Of a DNA stretch of 64,000 nucleotides, positions 1 to 10,444 are shown piece after piece (the stretch's first letter is position 1; the number at the start of each line of letters is the position of its first letter). Below the pieces are notes generated by a model that saw only the letters and a program-made list of their open reading frames with translations, had not been told where the DNA came from and did not search any database. The DNA is taken from assembly GCA_012490745.1 (NCBI GenBank), contig GCA_012490745.1_3925.1, one strand, 5' to 3'. This stretch comes from a phage. The position numbers were made by a program, and so were the translations under genes.

Positions 1-1
1 A

Positions 2-1024
2 AAAAAACTTCCCGATTCAGTTACACATGTCTTTATTGACTCTGATAGTATTGCCTATAAAGGTGCTTGTGTAGTTGAGAAAGCAAAATATAAATATGTC
101 AATAAACTCACAGCAGAAGAATCTGAACCATTTGATAATGCAAAAGATGCTGCAAGATGGTTAGCAGACCAGAGAATCCTTGTAGAAGAGCTTGGCCTGA
201 CATTTGATGAAGATGAATGGGAAAGACAGACTTGGAAAGAAGCTAAGAGTGAAAAAGAAGCTATCATGGCTACTCAGCAGGTTCTTCAGGAATGGCTTAA
301 GGTTGTTGGTAAAGAAAGAACTTGGGTAGGTTATTTAACAGAGAAGGGTGTACATAAACATAAAGACATTAAAGGTCTTGAGCACCAATATCAAGGTAAC
401 CGTAAAGAGGCTGTTACACCAACACACTTAGTTGCTTGTCGTGAATATCTTCTATCAAGACCAGAGTTCAAACTCTTAAAGGGAGGCTTCGAAGCCGATT
501 CCATCGTAATTGCTAAAGCTGAAAAGATGGGTAAGAAGGCTGCTCTTATGAGTATTGACAAAGACCTTCGACAAGCTGAAGGGACTTACTGCATTGATAT
601 GACCTATGAAAAATCACCACTAATCTTTATTGCTGACAATAATGTTGGTGATATCTGGGATTGCCCTATCAAATCAAAACCAAAAGCTGCAAAAACAGTT
701 GGCGTAGGTTTTAAATTCTTGTGTTATCAGGCTGTTGCTGGAGATAATGCAGACAACTACTTCGGCCTAAAAGGTGCTGGTAAAGTAGCTGTGATGAATG
801 CTTTAGAGGGTAAAGAGACCTACAAAGAGTGTCTTGACGCTATCTATGAACTTTATGCTAAAAAAGATTCTTATACCTATGTGTCATGGGATGGACAGAC
901 TGTTACCAAAACACCATTAGAGTTAATGGAACAGCACTTCTGGATAGCATATCAAGAGAGAAATCCAAAAGACAATTTCTCTTTCAAGAAATATAATTGG
1001 GAGCCGTGTATGAATGAAGATTAA
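2..1024 (+). CDS. 5'-3' exonuclease / flap endonuclease (T5 D15 / T4 RNase H family); 5' end lies outside window
   Basis: Frame is open from window start to stop at 1024. Motifs HVFIDSDSIAYKG, QYQGNRKE, GFEADSIVIA...SIDKD and AVAGDNADNYFGLKGAGKVAV follow the order of conserved blocks in phage 5' nucleases (recalled from the family, not searched). Confidence 0.7.
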   Translation, partial: KKLPDSVTHVFIDSDSIAYKGACVVEKAKYKYVNKLTAEESEPFDNAKDAARWLADQRILVEELGLTFDEDEWERQTWKEAKSEKEAIMATQQVLQEWLKVVGKERTWVGYLTEKGVHKHKDIKGLEHQYQGNRKEAVTPTHLVACREYLLSRPEFKLLKGGFEADSIVIAKAEKMGKKAALMSIDKDLRQAEGTYCIDMTYEKSPLIFIADNNVGDIWDCPIKSKPKAAKTVGVGFKFLCYQAVAGDNADNYFGLKGAGKVAVMNALEGKETYKECLDAIYELYAKKDSYTYVSWDGQTVTKTPLELMEQHFWIAYQERNPKDNFSFKKYNWEPCMNED

Positions 1025-1511
1025 AGGATTTGGCAATTGCCCTACCTACGGTCATTGGGTATCTTTATGTGGGGAAGTTGACCCCACTAAACATTTTGGC
1101 TTTGTCTATTTAGTGCACTGTAAGAAGACTGGACAATATTATATCGGAAAGAAACAGCTTAACAGTGTGACAAAAAGAAAAGTTGCTGGGAAGACTCGGA
1201 AGAAGGTAGTCACTAAGGAGAGTGATTGGATGACTTACGAAACCTCTTCTGAGTATATTAAAAAAGATATTGAAAGCTTTGGAAAAGAATCTTTTGATTT
1301 TTACATTATTCAAACCTACTACACAAAAGGTGGTCTAGTCTATGGTGAAGCAAACCTTCAACATAAATTCGATGTAATGACAAAAAGGATTGACTCGAAG
1401 CTCAGGCTCTTCTACAATGCCAATATTGCAGCAATTAAGTTTATTACTAAAGAAACTTATGAAGATGCTGAAAAAAGAATCCATAAGGTAATGAAAGCAA
1501 ATTATGCTTGA
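1014..1511 (+). CDS. putative GIY-YIG-type endonuclease-like protein
   Basis: N-terminal FGFVYLVHCKKTGQYYIGKK resembles the GIY...YIG motif; small free-standing ORF beside replication genes. Weak. Confidence 0.4.
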   Translation: MKIKGFGNCPTYGHWVSLCGEVDPTKHFGFVYLVHCKKTGQYYIGKKQLNSVTKRKVAGKTRKKVVTKESDWMTYETSSEYIKKDIESFGKESFDFYIIQTYYTKGGLVYGEANLQHKFDVMTKRIDSKLRLFYNANIAAIKFITKETYEDAEKRIHKVMKANYA

Positions 1512-1517
1512 TAACTA

Positions 1518-1781
1518 TTGAGAGAGAATAAAATGTTTAACAAAAGCAAAGCTGTGAGTCATGTAGCAAAAGTTGACAGCAAGATTGAAGAACTTGAGCG
1601 CATTCTTGCAAATGCTAGAGAGTCAATAATTAAAGAAGTTGAAGCTGTTGAATCTCAAATGCAACACCTAATGCTTAAACGTCAAGAGCTACGTGAGCAT
1701 CTAGAATATATCGAAACACGAGAGCTAAAGGTTAACAGATATTTTAAGGAGCCAAAATGTTTAACTCAAGAGAATCAGTAA
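1518..1781 (+). CDS. hypothetical protein, predicted coiled coil
   Basis: ORF with AGAGA-type SD upstream; charged heptad-like sequence. Confidence 0.4.
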   Translation: MRENKMFNKSKAVSHVAKVDSKIEELERILANARESIIKEVEAVESQMQHLMLKRQELREHLEYIETRELKVNRYFKEPKCLTQENQ

Positions 1782-2512
1782 AAAACTGGAACCTTCGTTG
1801 TGGAAACACTCAAAAGCAACCTTACAGTAATGAGTATTGGGAATCTTTAAAATCTCAATCTCTGTGTATGCTTGAAGAAGCAAAAGAGCTTGTAAAAGCA
1901 ATTGAAGAGAAAGACCCCATTGAGACACTGGATGCTCAGGCAGATTTACAATATGTTCTTGACGGTTTGATTTACCTGTCACAACATGACCATAACGGTG
2001 CTATGGAAGCTGTTTGCCATAATAATGACCTGAAGTACACAGATGACTATGAAGAAGCTTTAAAACGTCTTGCAGACATTGAAAAGCGTACTGGTCAAGA
2101 GTGTATTATTCGAATGTCAGTGGTTGATGGTAAAGAGTGGTATGCGATTGTCCGTGCAGCCGATGGGAAGATTATGAAGCAATCAAATCTCCCTAAAGTA
2201 CAGCTTGGTGAATACATTGTAGAGCTTGAAAGCCAAGAACTTTTTGTGGTAGTATCTGAGACATGCGTTATCTGCAAAGGTATTGTAGGTAGCTTAAAGG
2301 ATTTGGGTGTAGATGGTTTTGTAGAAGTTAATCCAATTACCTCTAAAGCAGATAAAGACTTCTGTAAAGAGAATGGACTATGGATTGCAGATATTGTCTA
2401 CTATGATGGTGAGCAGTTCCATGTAACCTCATACCCGAAACTGAATTATGATGCTAATAACCTGAAGTGCTGGTTAAAAGGGGTTGGTTATAATGGATTC
2501 ACAGAACATTAA
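1757..2512 (+). CDS. hypothetical protein with possible MazG-like NTP-pyrophosphohydrolase N-terminal domain
   Basis: LEEAKELVKAIEEKD...DAQADLQYVLDGL resembles the acidic EExxE...E..D helix pair of MazG-type enzymes; start codon uncertain. Confidence 0.35.
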   Translation: MFNSRESVKNWNLRCGNTQKQPYSNEYWESLKSQSLCMLEEAKELVKAIEEKDPIETLDAQADLQYVLDGLIYLSQHDHNGAMEAVCHNNDLKYTDDYEEALKRLADIEKRTGQECIIRMSVVDGKEWYAIVRAADGKIMKQSNLPKVQLGEYIVELESQELFVVVSETCVICKGIVGSLKDLGVDGFVEVNPITSKADKDFCKENGLWIADIVYYDGEQFHVTSYPKLNYDANNLKCWLKGVGYNGFTEH

Positions 2513-2816
2513 TAAAGAGGGTGTGGCTCAGAAGAGCCACTTCTCAAACTACAATATTTCTATGACGGTGTTTATGAATGACCCGTTACTTGAAAAGTAT
2601 GGTGAGACTCCAGATACACTTCTGGATAATGAACAAGTTTTAAAAGCAGTCCTGTACAAATACGGGATTGACATTGAGAAAGAGTATTCTTTTGAAATCT
2701 GCCAACACAGGAATACTTTTGGTAAAGTTGTGATGGCTCCACTTTTTATGGGTGTAGAAAGGACTGACTACGGTTGGTTATATCTAAAAAGAAACTTGGA
2801 GAAATACCGTGTTTAA
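2484..2816 (+). CDS. hypothetical protein
   Basis: ORF in co-directional operon context. Confidence 0.35.
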   Translation: MVIMDSQNINKEGVAQKSHFSNYNISMTVFMNDPLLEKYGETPDTLLDNEQVLKAVLYKYGIDIEKEYSFEICQHRNTFGKVVMAPLFMGVERTDYGWLYLKRNLEKYRV

Positions 2817-3144
2817 AGCAAAGAAGTTAGATTACGATGCCATTATCTCTGGTGCTAAATTAGGTGTTGACAGTCTCGGACGAGACGTTAAACACGGAGA
2901 CACAGTTATGTACTGTGATGACCGAAGAGGAAGAAGTGCAATCTTGTTTGGAAAAGTTGTATGTAAAATACGCGGTAATTATGTTGTTTCAGATATGGAT
3001 GGCAACGTCGCACAAAAGCTCAAAATAATCATGGATAGCAAGACTCCATCATGGCTCTTAAATTGTATGCACGCTTCGTCTATCACAAAAGTAAGTGATA
3101 AGTTTTACGATATGTGGCAGAATGAGCAAATTTTCAAGATTTAA
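2809..3144 (+). CDS. hypothetical protein
   Basis: ORF ending just before terminator hairpin at 3149. Confidence 0.4.
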   Translation: MFKAKKLDYDAIISGAKLGVDSLGRDVKHGDTVMYCDDRRGRSAILFGKVVCKIRGNYVVSDMDGNVAQKLKIIMDSKTPSWLLNCMHASSITKVSDKFYDMWQNEQIFKI

Positions 3145-3148
3145 ACTA

Positions 3149-3174
3149 GGGAGCCTCTTCGGAGGCTCTTTTCA
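3149..3174 (+). terminator. rho-independent terminator (GAGCCTC-TTCG-GAGGCTC + T-run)
   Basis: Perfect 7-bp GC-rich stem with TTCG tetraloop followed by TTTT. Confidence 0.7.
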
Positions 3175-3190
3175 TCTGTAGGATTCGAAA

Positions 3191-5425
3191 ATGATTAAGA
3201 CAATTAAAAAATCAAATGGTACAGTAGTAAGCTTTGACCCAGAAAGACTGAATAAGTGGGCATCATGGGCAGATAAACGTGGAATTATCTGGTCAGAAGT
3301 CACTATGGAAGCTATGAAACGTGTCTATGAAGGTTGCACTACAAAAGAGATGCACCAAGCCATGATTGATGTTTGTGTTGATAAACAAACGCAAGAGTAC
3401 TCAGATATGGCTGGACGGCTACTTCTGGGGATTATCTACAAAGAAGCCTTTGGAGGCTTTACTAAGGTTCCTACACTGATTACCTTCGTTAAAAATATGG
3501 AGAGGGCAGGACTTTGGGAGAAGATGGATTATTCACAGGAAGAACTTGAATACCTGCAAGGTTACATCGTACACTCAAAAGATATCTCTTACGGCTATGC
3601 GGTCTTGAAACAGTTCAGAGACAAGTATGGTATCCGTGATATTAAAACGGGAAGACTTTTTGAGTCACCACAATTTATGTTTATGGGTATGGCTATGAAA
3701 GCCTTTGAGAAGCAACCAAAGCACCGTAGACTGCAAGATGTTATCAAGCTGTACACTTACCTATCTGACCTGAAGATTAATGCCCCTACGCCTTATCTGA
3801 ATGGTTTAAGAGCTACTAAATCAGGTTATGCGTCATGTTGTTTGATTAAGGCGAACGATACTGCTGAATCTCTAGGTATTGCTGCAAAGGTTGCTTATGA
3901 CATGACTACAAAGCAAGCTGGTATCGGGATGCTGATGGAGACTCGCACTATTGGTGATGGTATCCGTCAAAATACTATTGAACACATGGGTAAGCTACCT
4001 TATTACAAGCTTGTACGTTCATCTGTAGAGGCAAACAAACAGAAGAGTCGTGGTGGTTCAGCTAACAACTTCTATACTGCTCTAGACCCGCAGATTGAAG
4101 ATTTACTGCGTTTGAAGCACCCTACAACGGTTCCTTCGAAACGTATTAACGAGATGGACTACTCATTTGGTACAAATGATTATTTCTGGCAGTGTGTTCA
4201 ATATGATACAGACTGGTTGCTATTCTCTTACAAGGATGCACCAAAACTCTATGACATGTTCTACACAGCATCTGCTGATGAGTTTGCTATGGCAGTTGGT
4301 CACGCAGTACATTCAGGAGTTAAGCACAGACGAGTAAAGGCTCGTGAAATTGCCAAGCTGTTTATTCAACAGCGTTATGCTACAGGTCGTGTGTATCCAT
4401 TCTTCACTAACAATGCGAACACACATACACCATTTAAAGAACCTTTGAAGATGTCAAATCTTTGTATGGAAATTGTGTTGCCAGTGTACGGCTTTGAGAA
4501 AGAGACAGACCTTTACAGAGATGATGCTGTGAAAGAGGATGGTGAGGTAGCTCTTTGCTTCCTAGCTAGTTTGGTTGCAGGGAGAATTTCAGAAGATGAA
4601 TACGCTGACGTTGCTTATTATGCTCTTGCAATGGTTGACTCCGTTATTGACCTTATGGATTATCCGTATCCGTCGATGCGTAACCATGTTCAGAAGCGTC
4701 GTTCTGTTGGTATTGGCCTTACAAATGTGGCTCATTACCTTGCAAAAAACTACGTGAACTACTCTTCAAGAGCAGGTAAGACGAAGCTTCATGAGCTTGC
4801 TGAAATGCACTCTTACTACTTACACGAAGCTTCTTTAAGACTTGCTAAAGAACGTGGTGTACCTGAGTATATGCAGTTCACTAAGTATCCTGAAGGCTGG
4901 GTTCCTCCAAAGACAGCTAACAAGAAGATTGATGAGAAGCATGATGCAAAACTTCGTTATGATTGGGATGACTTAGCACAACGTATTAAAGAAAATGGTG
5001 GAATCCGTAACTCTGTATTAGAGGCTTACATGCCTAATGAGAGTTCTTCACTGGCAACTAATACGACAAACGGCTTGTACCCAATTCGTGACTTTATTTT
5101 AACTAAAAAGTCTGCAACTGGTAACGTACTGTTTATTGTTCCAGATTACGAAGAGTTGAAGTATGTCTATGAAATTGCTTGGGATATTGACACCTTTGAC
5201 CTGATTGATTGTTATGCAATTGTTCAAAAGTTCACTGGTCAAGCTATCTCTTCAGACTTCTATGTTGACTATGCAAAGTCTAAGAAGGTATCATTGGCTC
5301 AAGCTCTGAAGTACATGATTTATGCCAACTCGGTAGGTATGAAAACCATGTACTATCTGAACAGCCGTATCGGTGTAGGTAAATCTGCACTGCAAGATGC
5401 TTATTGCGAGGGTTGTGGTGTTTAG
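3191..5425 (+). CDS. nrdA: ribonucleotide reductase class Ia large subunit
   Basis: 744 aa; N-terminal ATP-cone-like region (MIKTIKKSNGTVVSFDPERLNKW); active-site SNLCMEI block; followed by small subunit gene. Confidence 0.9.
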   Translation: MIKTIKKSNGTVVSFDPERLNKWASWADKRGIIWSEVTMEAMKRVYEGCTTKEMHQAMIDVCVDKQTQEYSDMAGRLLLGIIYKEAFGGFTKVPTLITFVKNMERAGLWEKMDYSQEELEYLQGYIVHSKDISYGYAVLKQFRDKYGIRDIKTGRLFESPQFMFMGMAMKAFEKQPKHRRLQDVIKLYTYLSDLKINAPTPYLNGLRATKSGYASCCLIKANDTAESLGIAAKVAYDMTTKQAGIGMLMETRTIGDGIRQNTIEHMGKLPYYKLVRSSVEANKQKSRGGSANNFYTALDPQIEDLLRLKHPTTVPSKRINEMDYSFGTNDYFWQCVQYDTDWLLFSYKDAPKLYDMFYTASADEFAMAVGHAVHSGVKHRRVKAREIAKLFIQQRYATGRVYPFFTNNANTHTPFKEPLKMSNLCMEIVLPVYGFEKETDLYRDDAVKEDGEVALCFLASLVAGRISEDEYADVAYYALAMVDSVIDLMDYPYPSMRNHVQKRRSVGIGLTNVAHYLAKNYVNYSSRAGKTKLHELAEMHSYYLHEASLRLAKERGVPEYMQFTKYPEGWVPPKTANKKIDEKHDAKLRYDWDDLAQRIKENGGIRNSVLEAYMPNESSSLATNTTNGLYPIRDFILTKKSATGNVLFIVPDYEELKYVYEIAWDIDTFDLIDCYAIVQKFTGQAISSDFYVDYAKSKKVSLAQALKYMIYANSVGMKTMYYLNSRIGVGKSALQDAYCEGCGV

Positions 5426-5480
5426 TTTTAACAACTATGAGGGTCGTAAAAGACCCTCTAAAAATAACTTTGGAGAGAGT

Positions 5481-5738
5481 ATGAAGGACTTAATAGCAAA
5501 TCATGAGTGGCCAATTTATCTGCTCTACAAACCTCGGAAAACGTTGTACTATGTAAGTAGTACAGATATGATGATAAAACAAAATGATGACTCATGGGTC
5601 GATGGTGTGTCATACATCTCTACAGCAGATGGTAAAATCTATGCAAGACCATATGAGATGTTCAATGAAGAAAATTGGGAAGTTCTAGACCGAAAACAAG
5701 CCTTAGAAATGATAAAGAAAGGAGAAATCACACTATGA
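5481..5738 (+). CDS. hypothetical small protein between nrdA and nrdB
   Basis: ATG at 5481 preceded by GGAGAGAG SD; the track ORF start at 5397 overlaps nrdA and is less likely. Confidence 0.35.
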   Translation: MKDLIANHEWPIYLLYKPRKTLYYVSSTDMMIKQNDDSWVDGVSYISTADGKIYARPYEMFNEENWEVLDRKQALEMIKKGEITL

Positions 5739-6808
5739 TTAACCAACACCCAATCTTTTTAGGTGGTGAGAGAAAGACATTTGACTCACTTAATAAACAC
5801 TACCCAAAAATCTTTGAGCTTTATAAACAACAAAAAGCACAAGATTGGTCAGAAGATGAGTTCCCTTTTGAACAATCACGTCTTGATTTTGAGAGTGTCC
5901 CAGCATCAATGTCAGGTGTAATGCTTGAGATTCTTAAGTGGCAGTGGGAAGCAGATACCCAAGTTGCTAAGAGCTTGGCATTCGCCTTTGCACCATTCAT
6001 CTCTGATGACATCTATGCAACTGCAATTATGAAGCAGTCTGAGATTGAAAACCTACATGCTCTTACTTACTCAGAGATTGTAAGGCAATGTATTAAAAAC
6101 CCTGAAACAATCTTAGATGAGATTAACCAGAATGTTGCTGTGCAAGACCGATTAAAAACTGTGAATCGTGTTCTTGAAGAATTACTGGATGAAGGCATAA
6201 ACTATCGTCTCAGTTATGTGCGTGACTCACTTCTGGACAAAGACCCATTACACTTCCATAAAGTGATTCTAAAAGGTCTATTTGCAGTGACTGCACTTGA
6301 AGGTATTTCCTTCATGGCATCCTTTGCATGTACCTTTGCACTTGATGCTCAGGATAAATTTCAGGGTATTGCTCAAGCTGTCCAGAAAATTATGCTTGAT
6401 GAAATCCTTCACACCAAGATTGATATTGAAGTTTTAAAAGAAACTTTAAGAGATGATGAGTGGCAGAAAGCTTTTCAACAAATTCTTCCAGAGATTAAAG
6501 TAATCTTAGATGAAGTAGTTGAAAGTGAAGAAAAATGGTCGTATTATATCTTCTCCGAAGGACGTGCTGTAGTTGGTTTAAATACAAAGCTTCTTCATGA
6601 GTGGGTTTACTATAATGCTGCCCCACTGTATGATATGTTTGGCATTCCCAGAGATTTTATAGCTCCTAAAGAACCACCTTTGAAGTATATGATTAAGAAG
6701 ATGGAAATTGATAAAGAGCAGAATGCTAATCAGGAGCAACAGAACGGTGCGTACCTGTTGAATACTGTTGTAGATGATTTGAATAGTGGATTTTTAGAGG
6801 TTCCTTAA
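5735..6808 (+). CDS. nrdB: ribonucleotide reductase class Ia small subunit
   Basis: About 357 aa from ATG 5735 (SD AAAGGAGAAA); helical ferritin-like sequence with E/H ligand motifs (EILHTK etc.); directly downstream of nrdA. Confidence 0.8.
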   Translation: MINQHPIFLGGERKTFDSLNKHYPKIFELYKQQKAQDWSEDEFPFEQSRLDFESVPASMSGVMLEILKWQWEADTQVAKSLAFAFAPFISDDIYATAIMKQSEIENLHALTYSEIVRQCIKNPETILDEINQNVAVQDRLKTVNRVLEELLDEGINYRLSYVRDSLLDKDPLHFHKVILKGLFAVTALEGISFMASFACTFALDAQDKFQGIAQAVQKIMLDEILHTKIDIEVLKETLRDDEWQKAFQQILPEIKVILDEVVESEEKWSYYIFSEGRAVVGLNTKLLHEWVYYNAAPLYDMFGIPRDFIAPKEPPLKYMIKKMEIDKEQNANQEQQNGAYLLNTVVDDLNSGFLEVP

Positions 6809-7050
6809 TGACTTATGTGATTTACTCCAAAACTGGATGCCCTCAGTGTGAGACTGCAAAGAATTTTGCAAAAGCTCGTGGTATTGACCATGTTGTGAGA
6901 ATGTTAGGGCAGGACTATGAACTGTCAGACCTGATGGATATTGCACAGATGCCAGTTCGTCAGATGCCATTCATCATGAAAACTGATGGACAAAACCTAA
7001 AACCTGTTGGGACGCTACAGAATTTTATGGCAGAGGTGAATAATGCTTAA
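6808..7050 (+). CDS. glutaredoxin / NrdH-like redoxin
   Basis: 80 aa, N-terminal CPQC redox motif (VIYSKTGCPQCETAK); located between the nrd genes. Confidence 0.7.
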   Translation: MTYVIYSKTGCPQCETAKNFAKARGIDHVVRMLGQDYELSDLMDIAQMPVRQMPFIMKTDGQNLKPVGTLQNFMAEVNNA

Positions 7051-7249
7051 ACGCATTTGGGAAGGTTTGGTTGTCGATGCACCAGCTATTGTGATTGGTA
7101 TGCTGATTGTTAACCTATTTACTGATTTTGAACAAGGTTCATTGTTTGGGGCCATGTTACTATGGGTTATCTTTGAAATATTAGAGATACAGCTAGGCAT
7201 CACTGAAAAACTGAGAAAACTCGTTTCTAAGTTTTCTAAAAAGATTTAA
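7043..7249 (+). CDS. hypothetical small hydrophobic protein
   Basis: 68 aa, one predicted TM helix; ends before terminator. Confidence 0.3.
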   Translation: MLKRIWEGLVVDAPAIVIGMLIVNLFTDFEQGSLFGAMLLWVIFEILEIQLGITEKLRKLVSKFSKKI

Positions 7250-7256
7250 AATGAAA

Positions 7257-7278
7257 GGGTCTCTTCGGAGACCTTTTT
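7257..7278 (+). terminator. rho-independent terminator (GGTCTC-TTCG-GAGACC + T-run)
   Basis: Perfect stem, TTCG loop, TTTTT tail. Confidence 0.7.
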
Positions 7279-7297
7279 AGCATGTAAAGGGGCAATA

Positions 7298-9442
7298 ATG
7301 AACAAAGTACAGATTATTAAAAAGAATGGCTCACTTGAAGAACCTGATATCAAAAAAGTTTTAGCAGCAGTCACAAAGTCAGCTAACAGAGTTGGTTATA
7401 AAGAGCTTCCACCAGATGTTACTCAAGCTCTTGAGTCAGCATTTATGAGGATTCTGGTAAAGTCCACTAAGCAGAATAATTTGCTAATTTCGGTAAATGA
7501 TATTCACAGTATTGTTGAGGGTGCTTTGGCAGAAGTCAATCACGAGATTTATGAGTCTTACTCAACATATAGAAATTACCGTAAAGAGGTTGCTCAAAAT
7601 TGGGATGAACTCTACCAGAAGACTAAAGATACACTCTTCTTAGGTGACCGTGAAAATGCTAACTTTGACAGCAGTTTAATTTCTACGAAAGGTTCAATTA
7701 TCCGTGGTTACCTGACTAAAGAAATCTTTAAACAGTATCATCTAACACCAGAGGAACTTGAAGCCATTGAGAAAGGCTTTATCTATATCCATGATTTAAG
7801 AGACCTGATTTTTGGTGGTATTAACTGTTGCCTGTTTGACATTGGTAAAGTACTAAAAGGTGGCTTTGAAATGTCCGGCATTGAGTACTGTGAACCTAAA
7901 TCTGTACTGTCAGCGTTGCAGGTTATTGGTGACGTAGTACTTTCAGCAACTGCACAGCAATTTGGTGGTTTTACTTTAGCAGAGATTGATAAGGTACTTG
8001 TACCGTATGCTAAGAAGTCTCTACGCTATCATGCTGAGAAAGCATCATCTTATGGTATTCCTAAAGAGCATTACCACAATTATGTAATGGAGCAGTTACA
8101 AATTGAATTAACTCAAGGTTTTCAGTCACTTGAAATGAAACTGAACACTGTACCTTGTAGCCGTGGTGATTTCGCATTCACAACTTTAACATTTGGTTTA
8201 CTTGACTCAGACATGTCTAATGAAGACAACCGGCTACAATACATGATTGCAAACACCATTCTTGATGTTCGCATGAATGGACAAGGTAAGAGTAAGAAGC
8301 CTGTTGTATTCCCTAAACTGGTTTATATTCATGACCAGAAGAGACACGATGAGAATATCTGTCAAGGCCAACTGTACAGTAAAGCTATTGAGTGTTGCTC
8401 TAAAGCAATGTATCCAGATTTCTTAAGCGTATCTGGTCATGGTGCTGTAGCAGAGGCTTTTGAGCGTTCTGGCAAGGTAATTTCACCGATGGGTTGCAGA
8501 GCTTTCTTATCCCCATATCTTAACGAGAATGGAGAAGAGTTCTACGTTGGTCGTGCTAACATTGGTGCTGTGTCTTTGAACTTACCAATGATTTACCAGT
8601 ATTCTAAAGAGAATGGTTTAGATTTCTGGAAAGAGCTTGACAAGTACCTAGAGATGATTCGCAGCTTCCACAAGAAACGCTACGAAATGATTGCTAATAT
8701 GCCAGCAAGCTCTAACCCTCTTGCATTCACACAAGGTGGTCTGTACAAAGGGACCAAGAAACCTACTGACAAGGTTGGTTGGGATATCGTGAAGTCTTTC
8801 ACAGCTTCTTTTGGGGTTACTGCGCTTGATGAGTTATCTGTTCTTGCTGAAGGTAAACGGCTGCATGAAGTTGGGAGCTATAGTTTTGCATACGATGTTC
8901 TGGCATACATTAACATGAAAACTGAAGAGTTTAAAAATGAAGATGGCTTCTTATATGCTGTCTATGGTACTCCAGCAGAATCACTTTGTGGAACTCAGCT
9001 AAAACAGTTCAGAGAAATGTTTGGTGTTATCAAAGGTGTTTCTGACAAGGAATACTTTACAAACAGTTTCCATATGAATGTTGCAGCAGACATCTCACCA
9101 TTTGAGAAGCAGGACTTAGAAGAGCCATTCTTCCATATCTGTAGAGGTGGCAGAATCCAGTATGTCAGGGTAGCTAACCCAGAAAACTTACCAGCACTTA
9201 AAAGCTGTATTACCAGAGGGATGTTGAAAGGTTTCTATCAGGGACTTAACTTTGACTTAGCAATCTGTGAGCATTGTGGTAACAGACCAAAATCAGATGT
9301 TGAAGAGTGTGAAGTTTGTCACTCACATGATATCTCTGTGATTAACAGGGTGTGTGGGTATCTTGGATGGACTAAGATTAAAGGTGAATCCCGAATGAAC
9401 GATGCAAAAATCGCTGAGATTCGTGACAGAGTTTCTATGTAA
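7298..9442 (+). CDS. nrdD: anaerobic ribonucleotide reductase class III
   Basis: 714 aa; C-terminal Cys cluster (CEHCGN...CEVCHSHD) followed by glycyl-radical motif RVCGYLGW. Confidence 0.9.
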   Translation: MNKVQIIKKNGSLEEPDIKKVLAAVTKSANRVGYKELPPDVTQALESAFMRILVKSTKQNNLLISVNDIHSIVEGALAEVNHEIYESYSTYRNYRKEVAQNWDELYQKTKDTLFLGDRENANFDSSLISTKGSIIRGYLTKEIFKQYHLTPEELEAIEKGFIYIHDLRDLIFGGINCCLFDIGKVLKGGFEMSGIEYCEPKSVLSALQVIGDVVLSATAQQFGGFTLAEIDKVLVPYAKKSLRYHAEKASSYGIPKEHYHNYVMEQLQIELTQGFQSLEMKLNTVPCSRGDFAFTTLTFGLLDSDMSNEDNRLQYMIANTILDVRMNGQGKSKKPVVFPKLVYIHDQKRHDENICQGQLYSKAIECCSKAMYPDFLSVSGHGAVAEAFERSGKVISPMGCRAFLSPYLNENGEEFYVGRANIGAVSLNLPMIYQYSKENGLDFWKELDKYLEMIRSFHKKRYEMIANMPASSNPLAFTQGGLYKGTKKPTDKVGWDIVKSFTASFGVTALDELSVLAEGKRLHEVGSYSFAYDVLAYINMKTEEFKNEDGFLYAVYGTPAESLCGTQLKQFREMFGVIKGVSDKEYFTNSFHMNVAADISPFEKQDLEEPFFHICRGGRIQYVRVANPENLPALKSCITRGMLKGFYQGLNFDLAICEHCGNRPKSDVEECEVCHSHDISVINRVCGYLGWTKIKGESRMNDAKIAEIRDRVSM

Positions 9443-9465
9443 AACTTGACATGGTGGTGTGAGTC

Positions 9466-9849
9466 TTGATAGGCTTACATCACCTTTTTTATTGGAGTTG
9501 TATCATGGACTTGTGGCTTTATGTAGCAGTTTGTGGCCTTGCATGTCTCATCATATTAATCATTATCGGTGTCATGCGTTTTAAAGACATTATTTGCTCA
9601 GATTTTTGGCCTGAGTTTATCTTTAAAGCTATGGTAGTGGTATTCCTTATATTTTGTGCTTTTGTTGTATATGATTCGTATAAGGTAATGGCATGGATGG
9701 ATGCAAACAATTGTGTAAAAACCTCTCAAAACCGTGAGGTCACTTATTTTGTGAGCGTGCTTAGTGGGAGTACCACTATACTTGTTCCACAAACTTCTGT
9801 AGAATATCTTTACACATGTGATAATGGGAAAACTATATGGTGGAATTAA
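9466..9849 (+). CDS. hypothetical membrane protein
   Basis: Multiple hydrophobic segments; start codon uncertain. Confidence 0.3.
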   Translation: MIGLHHLFYWSCIMDLWLYVAVCGLACLIILIIIGVMRFKDIICSDFWPEFIFKAMVVVFLIFCAFVVYDSYKVMAWMDANNCVKTSQNREVTYFVSVLSGSTTILVPQTSVEYLYTCDNGKTIWWN

Positions 9850-10052
9850 TTATGTCTAAGCTTTTAAAGGTGTCGATACCCATACTGCATATAGCGGTAT
9901 TCTTCATTGGGGTTAGTGTCACAGTATGGGGTTTCTCAGACCCACAATGGGAGTTTTCATATCAGGGTCAGATGGATTTGTGGTCATGCTTCAAACCATT
10001 TTTAGGGTTAACTATTGCATTTTCTGCAATACCAACTAAGGTCAAATTATGA
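9837..10052 (+). CDS. hypothetical membrane protein
   Basis: 71 aa, two hydrophobic helices. Confidence 0.3.
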   Translation: MVELIMSKLLKVSIPILHIAVFFIGVSVTVWGFSDPQWEFSYQGQMDLWSCFKPFLGLTIAFSAIPTKVKL

Positions 10053-10444
10053 TTAAGTTAAGCCAAAAACAATTAGAGTGGATTAAAGATTACGCCTCAG
10101 AGTGTGGCTCTTGCGAAAAGAATCACGTAAAATACTCAACATTTCATACGACCTTCACATTGTATGTTGGTGACAACGTTCTAAGTGATTCCGTAGAAGA
10201 TGGTGTAGCTTTGCCTAATGAATTACTTGACAAATTAGCTGTAGTCACTGGAACTTGGTCTGAAGAAGATGGTCACGAGCTATCTGACGATGTTGTCTTC
10301 TACAGTCTTGAAAATATTATGAATCCAGAGTACATTATGCTAATGACTTGTGCACAAGACTGTGTGCCATTACAAAACTTCATTAAAGAGCACTGCGAAG
10401 AGTTTATTACTAAACAGGTTCCTTGTCAGGTGGTGTTTGAATGA
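10049..10444 (+). CDS. hypothetical protein
   Basis: ORF with overlapping start/stop coupling to neighbours. Confidence 0.4.
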   Translation: MIKLSQKQLEWIKDYASECGSCEKNHVKYSTFHTTFTLYVGDNVLSDSVEDGVALPNELLDKLAVVTGTWSEEDGHELSDDVVFYSLENIMNPEYIMLMTCAQDCVPLQNFIKEHCEEFITKQVPCQVVFE